Shown in pieces: positions 39,966-50,919 of a stretch of DNA of 64,000 nucleotides. Under the pieces are notes generated by a model. That model was not told the origin of the DNA, did no database searches, and saw nothing but the letters and a program-made list of their open reading frames with translations. The stretch lies in assembly GCF_037042905.1 (NCBI RefSeq), contig NC_087251.1, positions 30,382,001 through 30,446,000 of the forward strand, written 5' to 3'. This DNA comes from Lytechinus pictus. Taxonomy: Eukaryota. The first letter of the stretch is position 1. Each line of letters opens with the position of its first letter. A program made the translations under genes and the position numbers.

Positions 39966-41795
39966 CGTAGCCAGGCGGCTTCTTGAGAGTAAAAATCATT
40001 TACTAACGTAGGCTTACTCTAAACGAAGCCAGGGAGTCCTTCCTATTCATCTGCGTGTACCGCAAAAAACCCTGAAACTTTCGCCCCCGAGATTTCTACT
40101 TTCCTTCTAAAAGATCTAGCTCTAAATCATGTACATGGGATAAAACTTCAAAAAACGTGTTCACCCAAGCAAAACATCGCCGGCGAACTCGATAAGTCAC
40201 GTGACCGCCGCCATTTTGCTAGGTCAATTGTTCGAGAACGCGCCGTAGAAGGCAATTGAAAGTATGTGCAAGATGCAATATGTTTTCTAGTTCAGTGGTT
40301 GAAGCGGGACATTTTAGCACTTTTTAATCTAGCACCGCTCATAATTTTGCCGCCCACTATACGCGTCACGTAACTAGGTTGCATTAACAAAGGATCAATG
40401 ATGGCGATGTCAACAAGTGTAAGTAAACTCTCTTCTACTTTTATTACTGCATGTCATTTTGGCGTCATTTTGTAACCATAACTATCCATTTTTTGCCAAA
40501 CGTTGCCAACCAATATTTTTACCCATGTACAGAAGTGTTAACCTCAGATTCTAAACATAACTAGCAGTTTGGCGCATTTTTATAGTTGCCTTTTTCTTTG
40601 GTGCGTGGGAGCCTATATGTATGATGGGGTGTCCAAACTTCGCGCACTTTTCAAAAATATTCATCAGGCTTCAATTTTTTCACAAAATATTCATAATTTA
40701 TACAAAACCAATTCAAGAAATAGTTACCACATTGACGGCAAGATCGTAAACTATAAAATCATGAACGAAAATGTAAAGTAGGTCAAGGGGATTTGCCGGT
40801 ATCGCGATCTCAAAATTCTATTCCGATCGGCGAATGCGCGTTGTGCTGGAAAACCGTTCAGAAAAAGTGTGACCTAACTTCGCGGACCAAAGTTTTTGTG
40901 GACATTTATACAAAACTCAAGCTCAAAAAGTGAAATATTTATATCAGATTGATGGCAAAATGCTATAGAATCGGTTAGTACCACATTTAACTCACATTTT
41001 TGATGATTTCTGCTTGCAAAATGGTGATATCGTGATGCTTGTTGAGAATATCAGATTTCTTCAAAACGGGCGCTAACGGTGACAAATTTGCCGATCTTTT
41101 GCCAATATTTTCATGAATACTGAACTCATCCTAAAGAAACTTACACCAAAGGGTAATTTTAGGTCGCTTTTCACGTTGATGATGTCAGATTTTAAGGATA
41201 TTGGCTAGTTTTTTAGATAATGACCGTCCGCGAAATTTGGACTCACTGCCATACAAACGCCAGGCGTTCGGGGAGTGACCATACGTAGAGTATATTACTT
41301 TTACTCCCCAGACGCCTCCAGGCTAGGTACACGCAGATGAATAGGAAGGACTCCCTGGCTTCGTTTAGAGTAAGCCTACGTTAGTAATGATTTTTACTCT
41401 CATTCTCAAGAAGCCGCCTGGGAGACTCTCATCAACGCAAGCGTCCGTATCGTGGGTGAAGAACAATAGAAAACAAGATGGCGGCGTAAACATCGGGCAA
41501 GTCTCTTCCGTCTATTCATGATATTTTCCTCATTTTTTTTGATGAATTCTTGTCTAGAAATAAAATCCATGGCGTAGAAATGTCGGAAATGAAGTTGTAA
41601 TTATCCCATGTACATGATTTAGGGCTAGATCTTTTAGAAAGAAAGTAGAAATCTCGGGGGCGAAAGTTTCAGGTTTTTTGGTGGTACACGCAAAAGTATA
41701 GGAAGGAAGACCTGGCTTCGTATGAGAGTAACCTTACGTTAGGAAATGATTTTTACTCTCTAGACTAGTACTAGGCCTAGTAGAAGCCTCCTGGC
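39966..41795. mobile_element. Inverted-repeat element whose right terminus is interrupted by the 41796-46845 insertion
   Basis: 39966-40150 is the reverse complement of about 41590-41795, which resumes as CTCCTGGCTACG at 46846-46857. A second partial inverted copy lies at 41326-41421. Confidence 0.7.
40196..40218. promoter_or_regulatory. USF/CLEAR-type E-box directly adjacent to a YY1 motif
   Basis: GTCACGTGAC followed by GCCGCCATTTTG in CpG-enriched sequence. A second YY1-type motif, AAGATGGCGGC, is at about 41476. Confidence 0.45.
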
Positions 41796-42039
41796 GGCTT
41801 AACTGCAGAATACCCCGACACTGCTCACTACCCAATCGTTGGTCAGCCAACACAACGATGTCAAGACCTATAGCTATATACTAATTCAATGGTATATAGC
41901 CTAGATATATCCATACTATTATATACGTACATGCATTACTGGTACTACTACTACTACTATACTACGTACGTACGTACGTATGACGGTACGTACGAGCAAT
42001 GCATCCAGGCCATACGTAATGACCTTTGCCCTTTGACTA

Positions 42040-42452
42040 CTACTAGAGCTATAATTAAACATCGTTGGGTGCGCTGCTAGCCAACGACCCACGTTGTGAC
42101 GGTACGGACGGTGCAATATAATATTCAAAACATCGTTGGCTAACCAACGACCCACGATGTGAAACTGTTATATCATAAAATAAGATTAATACACTCTTTT
42201 AAATTACCTACTAGAGCTATATACATCGTTGGGTGCGCCGCTAGCCAACGACCAACGATGTGACGGTGCCATGTAACATTTAAAACATCGTTGGCTAACC
42301 AACGACCCACGATGTGAAGGTGCAATAGTACAAGATTAATACACTCTTTTAAATTACCTACTACTACTAGCTATTGCTATACATCGTTGGGTGCGCCGCT
42401 AGCCAACGACCAACGATGTGACCGTGCAATGCAACATTCAAAACATCGTTGG
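42040..42452. repeat. Left subterminal ~160-bp repeats containing ACATCGTTGG...CCAACGA palindromes
   Basis: Three copies of acatcgttgggtgcgc(c)gctagccaacgacc..., at about 42060, 42222 and 42381. Confidence 0.9.
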
Positions 42453-42659
42453 CAAGCGTTTCAAAGTATGGTTTCACAAAACAGTTTAATATATGCATAT
42501 CCTGGTTAGTGAGGTGATCGATGTCATTCACTCTCTATTTCTTTTGTATTTTTTATACATGAAATATTTTCATTTTTTCTTCATTAAAATATGAAATAAA
42601 GTTTTAATTCCCATTGAAGGAATTCAATGGGAATTGAATTCAATGGGAATTGAATTCAA

Positions 42660-42671
42660 TTAGGGTTAGGG

Positions 42672-42712
<41 letters not shown>

Positions 42713-42720
42713 GGTTAGGG

Positions 42721-42817
<97 letters not shown>

Positions 42818-42837
42818 GGTTAGGGTTAGGGTTAGGG

Positions 42838-42897
<60 letters not shown>

Positions 42898-42950
42898 GGT
42901 TAGGGTTAGGGTTAGGGTTAGGGTTAGGGTTAGGGTTAGGGTTAGGGTTA
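42660..42950 (+). repeat. Interstitial telomeric repeat (TTAGGG)n
   Basis: 291 bp made of 41 TTAGGG, 6 TTTAGGG and a final TTA. Confidence 0.99.
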
Positions 42951-44180
42951 TATTCACATCATTGGCATCGCCGGCAATGTTGGCCTCTACAACAGGCATA
43001 TTCACATCGTTGGCATCGCCGGCAATGTTGGCCTATGTAAGATACATTCACATCGTTGGCACTGTTGGCATCTACTACAGGCACCAACACATCGTTGGCA
43101 TCGCGGGCGCTGTTGGTATATACATACTAAACATACATTCACATCGTTGGCATCGCCGGCAAAGTTGGCCTATACTTACTAAAGATACATTCACATCGTT
43201 GGCATCGCCGGCAATGTTGGCCTCTACTACAGGCATATTCACATCGTTGGCATCGCCGGCAATGTTGGCCTCTACTACAGGCATATTCACATCGTTGGCA
43301 TCGCCGGCAATGTTGGCCTATGTAAGATGCATTCACATCGTTGGCACTGTTGGCATCTACTACAGGCACCAACACATCGTTGGCATCGCGGGCGCTGTTG
43401 GTATATACATACTAAACATACGTTCACATCGTTGGCATCGCCGGCAAAGTTGGCCTATACTTACTAAAGATACATTCACATCGTTGGCATCGATGGCAAG
43501 GTTGGCCTGTACTACAGACACCAACACATCGTTGGCATCCTGGCCGGCGCTGTTGGCCTATACGTACTAAAGATACATTTACATTGTTGGCATCGTTGGC
43601 ACTGTTGGCATCTACTACAGGCACCAACACATCGTTGGCATCGCGGACGCTGTTGGCCTATACATACAAAAGATACATTCACATCGTTGGCATCGCGGGC
43701 AAGGTTGGCCTATACTACAGACACCAACACATCGTTGGCATCCTGGCCGGCGCTGTTGGCCTATACGTACTAAAGATACATTTACATTGTTGGCATCGTT
43801 GGCACTGTTGGCATCTACTACAGGCACCAACACATCGTTGGCATCGCGGGCGCTGTTGGCCTATACCTACTAAAGATACATTCACATCGTTGGCATCGAG
43901 GGCAATGTTAGCCTGTACTCTACAGTACAGACACCAACACATCGTTGGCATCGCGGGCAATGTTGGTCTACATAGGAAACTACAGATATGATCGCATCGT
44001 TGGCATCGCGGGCACTGTTGGCATGTACTACAGACACCAACACATCGTTGCCATGGCGGGCAATGTTGGTTTACATAGGCAACTACAGATATGATCGCAT
44101 CGTTGGCATCGAGGGCAATGTTGGCCTGTACTACAGACACCAACACATCGTTGGCATCGCGGGCAATGTTGGTCTACACC
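42951..44180 (+). repeat. Complex minisatellite, ~45-55 bp monomers with core ACATCGTTGGCATCGCSGGCAATGTTGGCCT
   Basis: Directly visible tandem monomers with larger duplicated blocks; starts immediately after the telomeric tract. Confidence 0.95.
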
Positions 44181-46261
44181 ACTCGTCATCCCCGACCATT
44201 TGCCAAACAGCAAAAGGTAGGGGATGGGACTAGAGGTATGTGAGGCGTACTCATAGACAAAATTTGTGATAAAAAATGTAAAAGTAAGAGAGTTTGACTT
44301 ACCAGTCTTTCCCCCCGAACCAAACGTTGATCTTCCTTCCGTTGTTGCTGGAATTTATCTTGGACTCAACGATATCTTGTCAATTATTCGAGGACTCTTC
44401 GGTAAATCGTCAGAATGTATGATGAAATTTGTCATGATCCTCAGCAGCGCATAGACTTCTACGTAGAGGATGTAACGCGCCCTCTTGTGCTCAATTAAAG
44501 AAAGCTCACGGAAGCGACCACACCACTGTCCTCTACAAAGCTGTATAAAAATCATAGAGATATACATCTCTATGATAAAAATGCTTCTCACCACAGATAC
44601 CTGTTTCCGGTGATGCTTCTATTTCGGAAATCCAAGATCCAGCGATAGTAGTCTCTTTCTCCCCTGACACACAATATTTTATTTTTATTATTTTATACAT
44701 CAGAATAATTTTAGCGCCATCAGCTTAGTTTATTCTATAATGAACTGTATCTTGTCGTATGCTGAAAGGAAATATGATGCCTTTTTTTTTGGGGGGGGGG
44801 GGTTATTGCTTCTTTTCTCGATCCCCGATGCCTCTCTTTTATTGAGTACTATCATTGTAAGGGTTAATTATTAATATTATTATTTTGGTTTTCTATTATT
44901 TTTCATATTATTATGGAATATTCATCATCATATCACTTTTGTAAGCCAACATTTTGTACCATCCTGAAATTAATATGGGTCAAGGCTGAAATGTGAAAAG
45001 AATGGAAGGGGCAAGAAACTCAAGACAAAGTGATAAAACAGAACATAATTACGTTCCAATTCTTTTTAATGAGTTTCTTTTATTTATCCAGGATGGGGAG
45101 CACATCAGGCTCGTGCCCACCCCCTCGAAAGCCATAGAACACATTTATTTTGCATCCATTTTGTTTGATAATTTGTACTGTTAATTTCATTTGATTGTAA
45201 TCCTTTATGTTTGGATTTGAAATCAATTAAATTAACTTGAAACTTTCCCGCCCTCCCCTTGAAAATTGTGATCTACCCCTAAATAGGCCTTTGTGGTAAG
45301 TGATTTTTTATTTTATTTATTTCTTAATGAAAATCCTTTAGGTTAGGATTTTAAATCAATGAAAACAAACTTGAAACTTCATACTGTATAGCGAGGAGCT
45401 GTTATCATAATAAATAAATAACTAAATCAAATAAATCAAAATCAAATCATAATTGTGAAATTATTCGTTACATAAATCTCCTTCACGGGGGGGGGGGGGA
45501 GCTTGTGATTTTTTTCTGTAAAAGAAACCACCCCTCCCCCTTTGGAAAATCCTGGATTCTCCCCTGATTAGACCCACAGTAAAGTTTGTTATTCTGAATT
45601 TCTGTTACATAATAATTTGGAAATTAATGCCTAACTTTGTGAAAAGTATTTCTATCGTCAGGTTCATTAATTAGAAAAGAATAAGGGGCTTTTTCATCAA
45701 GAGTCCCATAACAGAAAATTAACAAAATCAAAACAACTGAATTTCTCCTTAATTTTTTTTTTTTTCATACAAAAATGTCTTATTTCATTCCACTTTCACA
45801 ACTACTAGTATCACTTTTGACTTTGTATAAACATGAAACAAAATTGCAAATTTGTCTTGATTGAGGCTATCAAGACTTCCTTACCAGAATTCATTACAAG
45901 CAAAGTTTCGTCGAAACATCAATGGTCAGTGGTCCAAACGGGTTGATGAGCCTCTATGGTTTCGTGAGTTCTTTTTTCTTTTTCGATTTGTCACTGTCGA
46001 ACACAATAGACGTAATGGAGGCAGTTGGATGAGGTTCACGTTGAGAAATCGGTGAGTTTTTATTCATTTTTTATATCATATTTATTAATTTAAAGTCATA
46101 TCTGTCAAAATAACAGTTTACATCAACGGATCAGTTCAAGTATGAACTGATTCGCGATGCTTTGGGCAACAGATGGGGGGAAAATGACCAATATATATTT
46201 TAACAATAGAGAGGTATACAGCCGAGAACGAGGTTATATTATAACCTCGTTCGTAGGATGA

Positions 46262-46670
46262 GTGGTCTACACATACTACGGAAATATACACATCGTTGGC
46301 ATCGCGGACACTGTTGGTCTACATACTACAGAACACAGATATAGATCGTTGGCATCGAGGGCAGTGTTGGCCTGTACCGACTACAGACACCAACACACCG
46401 CTACCATCGCGGACTGTGTTGGCCTACACGTACTACGAAAATATACACATCGTTGGCATCGCGGGCAATGTCGGCCTACATACTACAGATGCACACAGAT
46501 ATATATATAGATCGTTGGCATCGCGGGCAGTGTTGGCCTGTACTACGGACACCAACGCACCGCTAGCATCGCGGACTGTGTTGGCCTACACGTACTACGA
46601 AAATATACACATCGTTGGCATCGCGGACACTGTTGGTCTACATACTAATCGCGCGCGCTCGCATCGTTAG
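46262..46670 (+). repeat. Second ACATCGTTGGCATCG minisatellite block near the right TIR
   Basis: Same core and orientation as 42951-44180. Confidence 0.9.
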
Positions 46671-49600
46671 CGTTACAGTGCAGTCTGAACACTTAGAATC
46701 TATTCAAAAAATACTTAATGTAAGTTGTAAATCATTCAATTATTTATTATAGCTGATTTTCTGATTTGATAGCTTAAGTACATCGTTGTGCGTTGGCTCT
46801 CCAACGATAAGGTAACGCAGTGTCCGGGTATTCTGCAGTTGTTCCCTCCTGGCTACGGAGGACCACTCATTCAATGAACAAGGTTAGGACATGTCTGGAG
46901 GTGTCTTTCGCTTTCCAAGGACTATTCTTCGTATCGCCCAAATCGGCCTTGTGAAACAGTTGAGCGATATCTCGTTCTTACGTCATGTACGTATGGTTCT
47001 ACGAAAGACCCTTTCAAAACTGGGCTGCGGCCCGCGAAGCGGGCCGGAGCTCCCTGCCTGGGTTACGCAGCGGCCTGCTGCGCCCGCCCGCCAGCTGCGG
47101 CGGCGCGGCAGCCCCAGATCGAATCCACACACACTTCCAAAACAAAATTACAAGAAAAAGAAAAGAACAAAGTGGCATGCCAACAAAGTATGAGAACGTA
47201 CATTATCGCAATTCAATCATAAGCAATTAAAGGGTACAAAATTTATTTAAACTAGGTACCTGGTACACTCACCTCTACTAATAAGATTATCAACATTTTG
47301 AATCTGCCGGCGAAGAAACTAGCTGCGATGCGGCGACAGTGAGGTCACATGACGTATGTGATATGATATGGCACGCCATTTGTCCCGGCAAAACTAGCAC
47401 TTAATTTGTGAAAATTTCAGTACAAATATGTCAGATTTTAAGATGTCTGGAGGGTAAATCCTTCCTTTCGCTGAAAACTGAATTTTTTTTAAATTTATCG
47501 CGCCCTTTAGCTCCCCTTATCATAGTAAAGTTCTTCTTCTCGAGGGTACCCCGTTCACCTATGAATAAGTGACCTGTATTTGACTTGAATGTCCTTATTT
47601 ACTTCTGATAAATGCCCCCTATCTTTTCTTGTTAGTGTAAAACTACCAGTATTTTAAATGTAAGCCAAGGTAATTGCAAATAGCATCCTTTTCTTCATTC
47701 TGCAGGGGCAGCAGAACTGGAGGAGGTAGGGGCACTTATTAATTCCCCCAATAATTTTCATATGATTCTTTAATGACATGTGCCTAGTGTGAGTGTGAGT
47801 GTGAGGTAACATTTTTTTTTTATCTGTGCATTTTCATTCCTGAAGTTGATTCTTTTTTATTTATTAAGTATTTGTTATTGTGTTGTTGTTCTTTGCGCCT
47901 TAAGAGGTGGGTATAGGTACGACATAATTGGGAGAATTTTATTCAACATTTTATGCCTAAAAGGGGCATTAATCCTCATTAATCCTTACAGTGCACTCGG
48001 GTCGGGAGGCCCTGTGTTTATTATGTTCTCTTCAGGCGATATAAGGTGACTTTACAAAAGTAAGGGAATTTTCCGACGGTTACTTTCTCTTCAACAAACA
48101 CTTCATTTGAAAGTGAATAATATTCTATATCCTTTTAAAAATCAAAAAAAAATCAGAGTGAAAAAAAAGTTGTAATTCAGAATAGCCCACATAGCAGGTT
48201 TACAACTTAAGTGTGGGGGAAGTTCTATGCCATCACCTTGCCCCTCACCCACAGCAACACTCACCCTTGTGAAACGCAGCAATGAACAATAGAAGAAAGT
48301 GAAAATGAGATTGTTTACCATGCAAAGGTACATTATGTTTCACGGGGGCATATGGGACATACTCATCGAAGGACTCGAGGCTACCACCTTTACATTAAAT
48401 ATACTTAATAGAAAGGTTAATTGTGCCCCTGAGGGGCGAACATTTCTCATTTTTTCAGTTACCATTTTTCGACAAGAAAAGTGCTTTCATGCATGGAGGG
48501 TTTTTTCTTGTCTTTAAAAATTGATTATTTCCTAACTTAAAGGGGCACATGGAACCATGGCCGTACACATAGGGAAAGGAACAGTTGCCCACCCCCGTCA
48601 TTTTGAAACCTACATTTCGTAATGAATATTTTCATAAAATTATCAAAAAGTGTGCACGAACTTCACTTTATAAAATGCAGACAAGCTTGATCGCTTCTCA
48701 CTTAATTGCCTTCGAGTTTCTTCTAACATCTATCCCCCCTCCGGAAAAAATATATTCGGACATTGGGATTAAGGGTTCTTCAAAAAAAGTATAATTGGGG
48801 AGGGGGCAAGTGTTGATCCCCTCCCCCACCCCTTTAAACCAGGAGAATTAAACCCCTTAAATAGTTTTGCAACCCATAAATTCTATTGGGGGCAAGGTCC
48901 CATCTTAAGTTTACAAACATAAAAATAAAAACTTATAGTAATGTTCATCAAAAATGGAAAAACTAAGATTTTCGATTGATAAACACAACTTATCAAATAA
49001 TTGTTCATCAAGTGGAAAACTCATTTTCTTGCTCGATAAATTAAGTTTTTCAAATTTACAATTGAAAAACTAAGTGAATCCTTCGAAAACCCTAGGTTTT
49101 CACCGATAAATTGAGTTTTTCGATGAAAAACTGAGTTTATCGCCAATACACTTAGTTTTTTCAAGCAATATACATGTAATGAAAAATTCTATTTTGGGGG
49201 TGATAAACAGTATTTTGTTAGAAAAACTTGGTTTACATTGAAAAATTGAGTTAATCGCCTTATGGGACAAATGGCGCGCCATACACGGATGCAGAGACCA
49301 AGTATAGTGTCGCCGAAACGTCCAATTGCGAAAAAAAAGAGATCAGAATGCGAAGGGCTAAGCATACCGGCTACACCCGTTACTAGTATATAGGGCAGAT
49401 TCAGCATGTCCAATAAAGTGTGTGTGTGTGTGGGGGGGGGTATTGGTGTGACTGCTTCAAAGCATTAATTGTTGGGGTAGCCCTTTAAGCTTTTATCAAA
49501 AAATGCAAAAATGTTCATGTTATTTAGAGATTCAGATTTATGAAGGGCCTACAAAAAATGATGCGATATTACTTAGGTGACCCTGAGCAGAACATTCTTG

Positions 49601-50919
49601 AGCAGAATGTGAAGCGCGAGGTGAATTGGGGGGTGAATTACCGACATACAGACCCGAAAAAGTGTAATTATAAACTGTTAAGGAATTAACAAAGAGGACT
49701 AATCAAACAATGCAAGTAAGAAGTGCTAGCTGAAAATTTTGATATTTAGACCTGGAAACGGGACATTGCACTTTTTGCCAATCATCATATCTCACCAAAA
49801 TAAAATAATGACAGCGTGAAGTTTGAGCTGAAATCTTAATTATCATCATATCAGCCATGTTCAGCCAACTGCAAGTTGAAGGCCTCCTCAAGTTGGTGCC
49901 AAAGGTACGTGCTTGTCTTGTGCTGATGCAATCCAATTTATGCTACTAGTATTATGAGAATCACTGACGGTCTTTTAGCCACATTGAGAATTAAAGTGTA
50001 GCGGGGCCTATATCCATGAGCCATGGAGTTAATACCTTAGATTTATTAATCCCATGTATTAAACTGTTCATGATGCGTAAGTAATCAAAAATGAAAGGAA
50101 TAACTGGACTTTATGTAAGTTATTTACCTCTTTGATCATAAAAATAATAACTCAGCATCTCCGGTTCATTCCCATCTGGGATGCACAAAAAATTTCAACC
50201 AATTCTTCTGTTCAATCTATGCATGAAAATATTACGTAGTAAACAGTAAATACAATATAAATCATTTGCCTCTGCTAAAAAAGTTATTGATACCAGTTTG
50301 GGTTTTTTTTACTGGGACATATTGTATATCGTGTCCAGTGAAAGACAGAGGAAATGCCATTACTCAAATTTACACACTTGGTTAAAACCATCAGCAATTA
50401 TTTGCACACACACACACACATAAATTTGATTTTGCACGTTTACTATTATCTATCACACCATCATTCATATTGAGCAAATTGAGCCATTATGCACCATTAA
50501 TCACTTTGCTAGGTCCTGCATCATTGTCTCAATACAGTCATTGATAATTAATCCTTGAAAATATTCCTTTAAGCTGTGTGTAAAGTTACGTATGCTCTAC
50601 ATGAATATGTACCACAGGATTTAGACACCCTGTATTTCTCCTGGGATTTTCTCTTTTTTAAGGGGGACATAATTCTCATACAACCCTGATCAATTTTTTG
50701 AAAAATAACTTTTGCACTGAAATTCTTATTGGCAAACAAGAATATTAATCTATAAATGTCAAAATTTCAAGTTCAGCTTTAGTGAATCAAAACTATTGAG
50801 AATCTGGTTTAATAGCCATGAGTAAGGTAAGTCATTGTAGAATCATATTATATGAAACTTTACAAGCTGCTCAATGAAATAGTCTCAAATTTTTAACTTT
50901 GTTTTTATATACACAGTTT

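Larger units (their letters stand above)
41796..46845. mobile_element. Non-autonomous TIR DNA transposon with 8-bp TSD, internal repeat arrays and an internal telomeric tract
   Basis: Left end GGCTTAACTGCAGAATACCCCGACACTGC...; right end (reverse complement) GGAACAACTGCAGAATACCCGGACACTGC... Imperfect TIR of about 65 bp. CTCCTGGC is duplicated at 41788-41795 and 46846-46853. No transposase ORF. Confidence 0.85.

Noticed and set aside
42660..42950. TTTAGGG variants as plant-type telomere
   Set aside because: Six single-T insertions among 47 units are more simply slippage or homopolymer sequencing error.
42951..44180. CRISPR-like repeat-spacer appearance
   Set aside because: The 'spacers' are themselves recurring variants, the context is eukaryotic, and there are no cas genes.
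42962..44233. Long ORFs of 135-202 aa on both strands
   Set aside because: They are translations of the ACATCGTTGG minisatellite, open in several frames, with no domain.
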